From the NCBI GenBank assembly GCA_965226795.1, contig CBDDDZ010000004.1, positions 384,001-448,000 of the forward strand: a stretch of DNA of 64,000 nucleotides, given 5' to 3'. How positions within the stretch are numbered: position 1 is the stretch's first letter; each line of letters starts with the position of its first letter. The translations under genes and the position numbers were made by a program. Source of the DNA: Candidatus Latescibacterota bacterium (GTDB lineage: Bacteria; Latescibacterota; UBA2968; GCA-2709665). This document shows positions 19,438 through 27,132 of the stretch, one piece after another. The notes beneath the pieces are model-generated. The model made no database searches. It was not told the origin of the DNA and saw nothing but the letters and a program-made list of their open reading frames with translations.

Positions 19438-19890
19438 TTACAAATCTTCATATCGTGGTAGAGAGCGCAGGAATCGGTAGCTGCGCTTCCTGCGGTCGAG
19501 GGCGTAGCAGTAGTGCGTGATGCCATTGGTCACAACCAGGAAGTTCGTACCCACAGACGTGTTGTAGCGGGCGATCTGATCGAATGCTTCCTGTTTGATT
19601 TTCACGCCGGGTGCCTTGCATTCTGCCATGAGAACGGGTTCACCCCTGCTGTTGTAGACGATAACGTCGGCGCGGTGCTGCGTACCCCCGTAAGCAAAAC
19701 CCGATTCGACGGCGGTCCGGCCTGCCGGAAAACCCAGGTCCTGAACCAGGTGCTGTACCAGGTTCTGGCGCACCCATTCCTCGGGCGTCAGTCGCACATG
19801 TTTCCGGCGAAGCGGATCGAAAATGGTCCTTTTTTCGCCGGCGGCGCGAATATCAAAGTCGTACTGGCGGGGAAAATTCAGACGTTGCAT
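19438..19890 (-). CDS. Stand-alone type I restriction HsdR N-terminal (HSDR_N_2) nuclease-fold protein
   Basis: IFDPLRRK..LTPEEWVRQ, RADVIVY, ECKAP, QIARYN, VTNG. Confidence 0.85.
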   Translation of the reverse strand: MQRLNFPRQYDFDIRAAGEKRTIFDPLRRKHVRLTPEEWVRQNLVQHLVQDLGFPAGRTAVESGFAYGGTQHRADVIVYNSRGEPVLMAECKAPGVKIKQEAFDQIARYNTSVGTNFLVVTNGITHYCYALDRRKRSYRFLRSLPRYEDL

Positions 19891-20000
19891 ATGAATCGGT
19901 TGCAAAGCACGGAACCACGGCGGCAGAGGCCCACAATACGAATCTCCATCGGATTCGCGTCGAAGCCGGCAGGTTCACCCGCGGGCGCCATTGTGTTACA

Positions 20001-21161
20001 TTAGCGGGAAAGCCAGAGTGCGGGACGTTCGACGTGGCGGCGGATCGTGTCCAGGAACCGGGCGGCCGGTCCTCCGTCTGCCACGCGGTGGTCGAAGGTA
20101 AGGCTCAGGGCGACCATGTCCCGGGGGACGATCCGGCCCTGGTATACTGCCGGTTTGGAGACAATCCGGCCCACACCCAGAATGGCGCACTGCGGCAGGT
20201 TGATGATGGGTGTAAAGACGTCGATCCCGTACGCGCCCAGGTTCGTAATTGTAAACGTACCCCCTTGAAGATGCTCCGGTTCGAGGTTTCCCTCCTTGGC
20301 TTTCTGAACGAGGTCCGCGGTTTCGCGGGCGAGATCGGGCAGGTCTTTGGCGTCAACGTCAGTGATGACGGGAACGAGAAGGCCTGCATGGGTATCCACG
20401 GCGATACCGATGTGGATCTCCTCGTGCCTGTGGACGGTTCCGTCCCGCCAGGAGGCGTTCATGTCGGGGTGGTCGGCCAGGGCGAGGGCCGTCAGCTTCA
20501 GAAAGAGATCGTTGTACGTGAGGAAAGGGATGTCGAGTTCCGCGCGCAACACAACGAAGTCCGTTGCATCGGCGTCGGTGGAAAGCGTCACGGGCGCGGT
20601 CTCGTTGTGACTTTCGGTCAGACGCCGCGCGATGGTCCGGCGGATGGTACCTTCGGCCCTGTCCCGGGACGGGGCCGATGTCGCGGCCCGGACGTCACGT
20701 TCGACAATACGGCCGTTTCGACCGCTGCCTTGAAGCATATTCCAGTCGACACCCAGTTCCTTTGCCAGGCGGAGCGCCCGCGGGCTGATCGGGGGTCGAT
20801 TCTTCCTGGCTTGGGTTCGATCGGCGCGAGGTCGGGACGGGGTGGATTGTTGCGGTCCGGATTCCGCTTCCTGTTCGCCTGCCGGCGAGGCGGGTGTCGC
20901 GACGGGAGGCTTTTCGCCAGGTCCCAGCAGAAAGGCCAGCAATGTGCCTATGGGTACGGTGTCGCCCGGTTGGGGCGCATCGGGCGGTATATACAGGGTG
21001 CCGCTGTCGAAAGATTCAATTTCATTTATCGCTTTGTCGCTTTCAACCGTAAAGATGATTTCTCCCGACTCAATCGTTTCCCCGTCCTGCTTGAGCCATT
21101 CGACCAGGGTGCCTTCCTCCATGGTCCATCCCAGGCGGGGCATGACGATTTCAATGGGCAT
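20001..21161 (-). CDS. 2-oxoacid dehydrogenase E2, dihydrolipoamide acyltransferase
   Basis: Lipoyl domain VESDKA, E3-binding GSGRNGRI, GGTFTITNLG, DHRVADG. Confidence 0.92.
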   Translation of the reverse strand: MPIEIVMPRLGWTMEEGTLVEWLKQDGETIESGEIIFTVESDKAINEIESFDSGTLYIPPDAPQPGDTVPIGTLLAFLLGPGEKPPVATPASPAGEQEAESGPQQSTPSRPRADRTQARKNRPPISPRALRLAKELGVDWNMLQGSGRNGRIVERDVRAATSAPSRDRAEGTIRRTIARRLTESHNETAPVTLSTDADATDFVVLRAELDIPFLTYNDLFLKLTALALADHPDMNASWRDGTVHRHEEIHIGIAVDTHAGLLVPVITDVDAKDLPDLARETADLVQKAKEGNLEPEHLQGGTFTITNLGAYGIDVFTPIINLPQCAILGVGRIVSKPAVYQGRIVPRDMVALSLTFDHRVADGGPAARFLDTIRRHVERPALWLSR

Positions 21162-21240
21162 CGAGATCATCCTTATGAAAACGAAAGGAAGCGAACGGAC
21201 ACAAACTGATTCTCCTCCCGGCGCCGTGTGGAGATGGCGC

Positions 21241-22218
21241 CTATTCCTCCATCAGATCGCGGATGGCCTGCGAAATGGTTTCCGGTTGAGGTGTGCAGGC
21301 CGCCTCCAGCGGGGCGCTGTACGGCGTGGGGGCATGCGCGCCGTTGAGGCGGCGTACCGGCGCGTCCAGATCGTCGAACGCCAGACTCTGAATCTGAGCC
21401 GCGATTTCGGCGCCGATGCCGCACGGACCGAAGGCCTCGTCCACGATGAGGAGACGGCCGGTCTTGTGTACCGATTCCAGTATGGTGTCCATGTCCAGCG
21501 GCGCCACGGTGCGCGGGTCGATGAGTTCAACCGAGATACCGTCCGCGGCAAGTGGGTCGATGAGTTTCCACGTAACGGGAACCATGTTGGCAAGCGCGAC
21601 AACAGTGAGGTCCGTGCCTTCGCGCCGTACCTCGGCCTTCCCGAAGGGAATGGCGTACGGTGTTTCGGGTACGGGACCCCTGTGGTTGAGGATGGACTTG
21701 TGTTCGAGGAAGAGAACGGGATCGTTGCCTTCCAGGGCGGTCTTGAACAGGCCCTTGGCGTCGTACGGCGTGGCGGGCAGGGCCACGCGGAAACCGGGCA
21801 GATGAGCGAAAACGGGATAGTAGTTTCCGGAATGGTGGGTGGCGGCGGCCCCTCCGATGCCGACGCAGCCTCGCAGAACAACGGGCATGGAAAGGCGGCC
21901 GCTGCTCATGTATTGCATTTTGGCGACCTGGTTGACCATCTCGCCGAAACCGTCCAGGATGAAATCGATAAACATGAAATCGACCACGGGCCGCGCGCCG
22001 GCCATGGCCGCGCCCGTGCAAAGACCGATAAAGCCCCGCTCGCAAATCGGGGTATCGCACACGCGCATGGGACCGTAGAGGTCGTAGAGTCCGGTGGTGG
22101 TGTTGAAGTTGCCGCCGCGTTCGCCCACGCCTTCGCCGACGACGAAGATGGTGGGGTCCGCCGCCATGGCTTCGGACAGGGCTTCGCGGGCGGCTTCCGT
22201 AAAAGTGATTTCACGCAT
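21241..22218 (-). CDS. 2-oxoacid/acetoin dehydrogenase E1 beta subunit
   Basis: DTPICE, RPVVDFMF, THHS, DPVLFLEHK, IDPRTVAPLD. Confidence 0.92.
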   Translation of the reverse strand: MREITFTEAAREALSEAMAADPTIFVVGEGVGERGGNFNTTTGLYDLYGPMRVCDTPICERGFIGLCTGAAMAGARPVVDFMFIDFILDGFGEMVNQVAKMQYMSSGRLSMPVVLRGCVGIGGAAATHHSGNYYPVFAHLPGFRVALPATPYDAKGLFKTALEGNDPVLFLEHKSILNHRGPVPETPYAIPFGKAEVRREGTDLTVVALANMVPVTWKLIDPLAADGISVELIDPRTVAPLDMDTILESVHKTGRLLIVDEAFGPCGIGAEIAAQIQSLAFDDLDAPVRRLNGAHAPTPYSAPLEAACTPQPETISQAIRDLMEE

Positions 22219-22229
22219 AGGTTCGCTTC

Positions 22230-23201
22230 CTATCCACTGAAGACGTGGTCCGTTACCGTGGCGGGGTCCGGCCAGGGGCTCGTTCTGGCGAACTCGACGC
22301 CCTCTTCAACGGCGGTCCGGGTCTCACTTTCGATCCGGTCGAGCGCTTCCCGGTCGGCAATGGCGCCTTCTATCAGTCTCCCGGCCAGCATTTCGATGGG
22401 ATCTCTGGCCCTCCACGCGTCGAGTTCTTCCCGCGTGCGGTAACCGGTGTCTCGCATCCCCTCGGCGTGAGGACGGGTTCGGTAGGTTTTGCAGTCCAGC
22501 AGTGTGGGGCCGCCTCCCTCCCTCGCGCGAACCACGGCCTCGCCCGCTTTTTTGTAGACGTCGATGACGTCATTGCCGTCAACTGAAACGCCGGTTACGC
22601 CATAGCCCTCCGCGCGCTGGGCGATATTCGTATTTCGGGTGGCGTACTCAAAGGCGATTTCAGTGGCGTACCGGTTGTCTTCCAGGACGAAGATGACGGG
22701 CAGTTGCCAGATGGCGGCCATGTTCAGGCCTTCATGAAAGGCGCCGTTGTTTACGCCCCCGTCGCCGAAAAAGGCTACGCTGACCCGATCGGTTTCGAGC
22801 AACTTGAACGTGTACGCGGCCCCCGCAGCCTGCAGGATGCTGGGGCCCACGATGCCGCTGGTGCCCATCAGGCCGATTTCAGGCGAGAAAAGGTGCATGC
22901 TGCCACCCCGCCCCCGGGCGCAACCCGTGGATTTGCCGAAGAGTTCGGCGATAAGTTCCCCTATGGGCACGCCCTTGGCGAGCGCGTGGCCGTGGCCCCG
23001 ATGGGTGCTGAAGATCGTGTCGTCCCTGCGCAGATGGGCGCAGACACCCGCAGCGATAGCCTCCTCGCCGACGTAGGTGTGGCAGGCGCCGGGGATGAGT
23101 CCGGCCTGATACGACCTGGCAATCTGCTCCTCGGTGCGACGGATTGTGAGCATCTGCCGGTAAAGGGTGAGGAGTTGTTCGGTTCTGAGGTCGCCTGACA
23201 T
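22230..23201 (-). CDS. TPP-dependent 2-oxoacid/acetoin dehydrogenase E1 alpha subunit
   Basis: STHRGHGH, GRGGSMH, TPP motif GDGG...EDNRYA. Confidence 0.92.
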   Translation of the reverse strand: MSGDLRTEQLLTLYRQMLTIRRTEEQIARSYQAGLIPGACHTYVGEEAIAAGVCAHLRRDDTIFSTHRGHGHALAKGVPIGELIAELFGKSTGCARGRGGSMHLFSPEIGLMGTSGIVGPSILQAAGAAYTFKLLETDRVSVAFFGDGGVNNGAFHEGLNMAAIWQLPVIFVLEDNRYATEIAFEYATRNTNIAQRAEGYGVTGVSVDGNDVIDVYKKAGEAVVRAREGGGPTLLDCKTYRTRPHAEGMRDTGYRTREELDAWRARDPIEMLAGRLIEGAIADREALDRIESETRTAVEEGVEFARTSPWPDPATVTDHVFSG

Positions 23202-23247
23202 GGGGTTCCCCTGCTTGTTCTATGGGCGTGACGGTGATGGAACCTGG

Positions 23248-24066
23248 CTATCCACTGGCGATCGGGCCCCCGGGATAGGTGCCGCCCGCGTTCATCGCCA
23301 GGTTGCCGCCGTCCATTGGCAACAACACGCCGGTGATCCACGCGGACGCATCGGAGGCGAGGAAGATGGAGACGCCCACGATATCCTGCGGCTCGCCGAA
23401 CCGGCCGGCGGGTATGCCGCCCAGCCAGGTATCGGCCATTCTGGGTTCGGCCCGCAGGCGTTTTTCCAGGAAGTCGTTCATGACCTGCGCGGGCAGGATG
23501 GCGTTCACACGCACGCCCCTGCCGCTCCATTCCGTGCTGAGTTCCCGCGTCATCTGGGCCACGGCGCCCATGCCAACGCTATACGCGATATGGCCGCGGC
23601 CCATAGCGGAGACGCTGGCCAGGGAGCCGATATTGATGATGCTGCCCTTGCCGGCGGCGAGCATGCGCCTGCCCCCTTCCTGGCAGCAGCAGAAGCGGCC
23701 GATGACCAGGGATTGCAGGCTCTGTTGAAGCTCGTCAAGGGTGAGATCCTCCGGTTTTTTCACCATGGTTCCACCGGCGACGTTACCCAGGACGTGAATG
23801 CGGCCGAATTCCTTGTCAAGGCGTTCGAACATAGAGCGGACCTGGTCGGTATCGGAAACGTCACACCGCACGGGAATGGCGCGCCGGCCCAGTGATTCGA
23901 TCTCGTGGGCGGTTTCCTGCGCCCCCGGGCCATCGATGTCGGCCAGCATAAGGTCCGCGCCGGCTTCCGCAAAGCCGATGGCCATGGCTTTGCCCATACC
24001 CCTGGCCGCACCCGAAACAAGGGCGACACGGTCGGTCAGGTCGAAGATTGGATGCGACATGGTCAT
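23248..24066 (-). CDS. SDR family oxidoreductase with atypical YxxxM active site
   Basis: SGAARGMG, NVAG, NIGS, YSVGM, RVNAILP, ITGVLLPMDGG. Confidence 0.85.
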   Translation of the reverse strand: MTMSHPIFDLTDRVALVSGAARGMGKAMAIGFAEAGADLMLADIDGPGAQETAHEIESLGRRAIPVRCDVSDTDQVRSMFERLDKEFGRIHVLGNVAGGTMVKKPEDLTLDELQQSLQSLVIGRFCCCQEGGRRMLAAGKGSIINIGSLASVSAMGRGHIAYSVGMGAVAQMTRELSTEWSGRGVRVNAILPAQVMNDFLEKRLRAEPRMADTWLGGIPAGRFGEPQDIVGVSIFLASDASAWITGVLLPMDGGNLAMNAGGTYPGGPIASG

Positions 24067-24121
24067 TCTCCCGATAGATGCCGTAAGACGCGCCTGCCAC
24101 CCCAACCCCGAACGGGACTCT

Positions 24122-24487
24122 CTATCTGCCGAGGTAGGCGACCGCGTCGATTTCGACGAGGATGCCCTTATACATGTCGCCCGCTCCGACCAGACGCCGT
24201 GTGGGCAACATGTTCCTGTTTTTGAAATATCGCATATAGGTGCGATTGAAATCGTCGCGGTCGGCCATGTCCAGGAGGAAGACGTTGACGCGGACGACGT
24301 CGTCGAAGGAGGCGCCCTCTTTTTTCAGTACGTCTTTCATGTTGTCCATGGTAAAAATGGTCTGTTCCTCGATATTTCCTCCCACGACATCGCCGCCTTC
24401 TACAGGGCCGAAGCCGGAGAGGAATAGCATATCGCCGGCGCGACGGGCCATGGAATAGAAGGGTTCGGGACTCACCTTATTGGCCAT
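24122..24487 (-). CDS. RidA/YjgF family enamine deaminase
   Basis: YSMARRAGDMLFLSG, FNRTY, PTR (conserved Arg), LVEIDAVA. Confidence 0.88.
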   Translation of the reverse strand: MANKVSPEPFYSMARRAGDMLFLSGFGPVEGGDVVGGNIEEQTIFTMDNMKDVLKKEGASFDDVVRVNVFLLDMADRDDFNRTYMRYFKNRNMLPTRRLVGAGDMYKGILVEIDAVAYLGR

Positions 24488-24589
24488 GGAAATAATCTCC
24501 TGGAGTTATGAATTCAAAGCCGAAGAAATGGACTGAGGCGTAAAGGATGTTCGGTCACGCGGGGTGTTCAGGTTTGAATATCCGCCTTT

Positions 24590-25705
24590 TCAGTTCTGCG
24601 TGAAAAGCGCCGCATTCCTTCTATGGTCAAACAGAGAGGGATCGTGTTCCTTCAGCGGCAGCCGCGGGCGAACGTCCGTGTTGACAATGTTGTCGGGATG
24701 GGGCCGGCGGCCGCTGAGTACCGAGACGAGGTTCTCTACGCCCGTGGTTGCCACCTCCTGGCTGGCCTGCACGGATAGGCCGGAGATGTGTGGCGTAAGG
24801 ATCACGTTATTCAGCCTGGTCAGCGCATGGTCCGGCGGAGACTCCTGTTCTCCGAAGATTTCAATGTCGTCGAAGGTGTCCAGGGCGGCGCCGGCCAGGT
24901 GCCCGCTTCCGAGCAGACCGGCGAGCGCGCCTTCGTCCGTGATGGCGCCGCGGCAGGTATTGATGAAATAGGAACCGGGTTTCATTTTTTTCAGGTTGGA
25001 CTCGTCCAGCAGGCGATAGGTGTCCTGTGTGAGCGGCAGGTGCAGAGAGACAAAGTCCGACGTCCTTAAAAGCGTGTCAAGGTCCACCATTCGGACACCC
25101 AGGGCGTCGGCTTCGTCCCGCGGCGCATGCATGTTTTTCCGGGTGGCCAGGATATCGAGGCCAAAGGGTCTTGCGCGGCTTACCACGGCCTTCGCCGAGG
25201 CGCCGAAACCGATCAGACCCAGGGTGAGGCCCGATATGCGCCGGAGCCGGAGACCCTCGTCACGAGCCTGCTGGTACGCGCCAGCGTAGAAATGCCGCGA
25301 CATTCCTGGAATTTTCCGGGCGAGGCCGAGCAGGGAGGCCATCACGTGATCGGCCATTTCTTCGTTGCAAAATGAAGGGACATTTGAAACAAGAATGCCC
25401 TCTTCGGTGGCGGTTTTGACGTCGATCTTGTCCGTGCCGTTGCCCAACCGGGAGATGATCCGGCATTTGGACAGGCTCTTGATGACCGGCTCAGGAAGCG
25501 ACGCTGAGACAACGGCAAGCGCGTCGCAATCCGCAACGCGGGCGACGATGTCGTCCGGTTCATAGGCGTCCACCGGTATGGGCGCGATACCGTAGTGCCT
25601 GTAGAGCGCTGCCTCGGTCGGATTTATCCGTATAACGTCTGCATTGAGGCGGGCGAAGCGGACATCTTCAAAACCGGTCCCGGGCATTGGACAGACCGAT
25701 GGCAA
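24590..25705 (-). CDS. D-isomer-specific 2-hydroxyacid dehydrogenase (CtBP/SerA-like)
   Basis: GLIGFG, SLHLPLT, INTCRG, LTPHIS; exact start uncertain. Confidence 0.88.
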   Translation of the reverse strand: MPSVCPMPGTGFEDVRFARLNADVIRINPTEAALYRHYGIAPIPVDAYEPDDIVARVADCDALAVVSASLPEPVIKSLSKCRIISRLGNGTDKIDVKTATEEGILVSNVPSFCNEEMADHVMASLLGLARKIPGMSRHFYAGAYQQARDEGLRLRRISGLTLGLIGFGASAKAVVSRARPFGLDILATRKNMHAPRDEADALGVRMVDLDTLLRTSDFVSLHLPLTQDTYRLLDESNLKKMKPGSYFINTCRGAITDEGALAGLLGSGHLAGAALDTFDDIEIFGEQESPPDHALTRLNNVILTPHISGLSVQASQEVATTGVENLVSVLSGRRPHPDNIVNTDVRPRLPLKEHDPSLFDHRRNAALFTQN

Positions 25706-25725
25706 TGAAGGTGGATTGAATTCAC

Positions 25726-26787
25726 TCAGCGGATTTTTCCGCGCGCGTGTACCGGCCAGGTCGCTTCAACCTTTCCATTTCGGGTAGCAACCATTTTATC
25801 GTGTTCGTTGACGCAGGGGCAGGGATGAACGGGAAGCACCTGAACGCGCTCGCCAATCTCCGGTTTAACCGCGCATCTGGAAATGTCCACGTGGCCGTGC
25901 TCTTCGGACGCGATCCCGATCAGGGCATCGGGGTATTCGACAATGTGACCCATGCAGTCGCCCCGGTCCGTCTTGTAGACTGACGCGCTCAGCGCTTTGC
26001 TTCCTGCATCCAGGAACATACGGTCTTCGGTGGGCCTGCTCACGACGGTCGTGATCACGCGAAGCGCGCACTGCTCCAGGGTGTGTCGGCCTTCGGCCAA
26101 GTGCATGGCGCCCCCCACCGGGTATTCGCCCGCGCGGTACTCGGTGAGTTCAGGAATCTCGTGTGCGGCCATGGCGTTGGGCGTGCCACCGCCGCTTACA
26201 ACGGCGCGAGGCAGGCCGGCCCTGTCGAACAGGTCTATGGTCTCCTGAATGAGCGGTCTTGATTCGGGTGGCGTGGGAAAGCCCATGAATCCCCGGAGCT
26301 CGAGACCGGGCAGTTCGTGGACGAGTTTCGCCAGTTCCGTGGCTTGCTGCGGCGTGGGAACGCCCGTGCGTTCAAATCCCATTTCGACTTCGATCAGAAT
26401 GCCGATGGAAACGCCCTCAGCTTCGGCCGCTCCGGAGAGTCCCCGCACGGTGAATTCAGAGTCCGGTGCAACGGTAATCGGCAGTCGTTTCGCCAGGGCC
26501 GTCAGCCGGTCCAGCTTCTGTCTGCCCAGGATATTATAGGGAACAAGCAGGTCGGTGTGGATGCCACCCGCGGCGAGGACTTCGGCTTCGCCGAGCTTCT
26601 GACACGTGAGGCCTATGGCGCCATATTTCAATTGCATCTGGGCGACGGCCAGGGTCTTGTGGGTCTTGATATGAGGACGGAAGCCGATGCCGTGTTCTTT
26701 GAAATAGCGGTGGTATCGATCCAGATTTTCTTCCAGGGCGTCCAGATTGATGACAAGGACAGGCGTGTCCAATTCGTCGATGCGCAT
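25726..26787 (-). CDS. Fold-type III PLP enzyme, D-serine dehydratase/D-threonine aldolase (DSD1) family
   Basis: RPHIKTHK, CQKLGEAE, RTGV, SGGGTP, EYRAG, LDAGSK, SEEHG, HPCP. Confidence 0.88.
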   Translation of the reverse strand: MRIDELDTPVLVINLDALEENLDRYHRYFKEHGIGFRPHIKTHKTLAVAQMQLKYGAIGLTCQKLGEAEVLAAGGIHTDLLVPYNILGRQKLDRLTALAKRLPITVAPDSEFTVRGLSGAAEAEGVSIGILIEVEMGFERTGVPTPQQATELAKLVHELPGLELRGFMGFPTPPESRPLIQETIDLFDRAGLPRAVVSGGGTPNAMAAHEIPELTEYRAGEYPVGGAMHLAEGRHTLEQCALRVITTVVSRPTEDRMFLDAGSKALSASVYKTDRGDCMGHIVEYPDALIGIASEEHGHVDISRCAVKPEIGERVQVLPVHPCPCVNEHDKMVATRNGKVEATWPVHARGKIR

Positions 26788-27132
26788 GCAGGGCTCCTTC
26801 GCCGGGAGTCGTCGGGTTGACCGCAGTGACATTAAATAGCTTGGACAGCGCCGCAGGTCAAGGAATTTCGCAACCGGAGACCGCGGGATTGCTTTTCGCT
26901 TGACATGCGGCGTCCGCGGCCCAAAGTTTAGTGCAATAAATAATCCTCATAAGCCTGTGGATCCCGTTAACCGGACCGTGGCTCCCGCCGCCGGAAACAG
27001 ACGACCGCCCGGGTTTCGGGCGGTTATGGGTTATTGACCGGAGACAGCAGGTTGGATAGTCTTCCAAGGAAAAGCCCGTGCTGCGCTATCGATGGGCAGG
27101 CGAGGGGTTAAACGGTTGCAGGAGGGACAGGT

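Noticed and set aside
19438..19890. Type I restriction-modification/defence island
   Set aside because: No methylase, specificity subunit, helicase or other defence genes in the window
20842..22443. 533-aa + strand ORF (and 20034-21209)
   Set aside because: Antisense to clear E1/E2 genes
26833..27132. Possible riboswitch/ncRNA in the divergent intergenic region (TTGACA at 26900, hairpin near 27003-27025)
   Set aside because: No recognisable aptamer consensus and a weak -10; would need an Rfam/Infernal search
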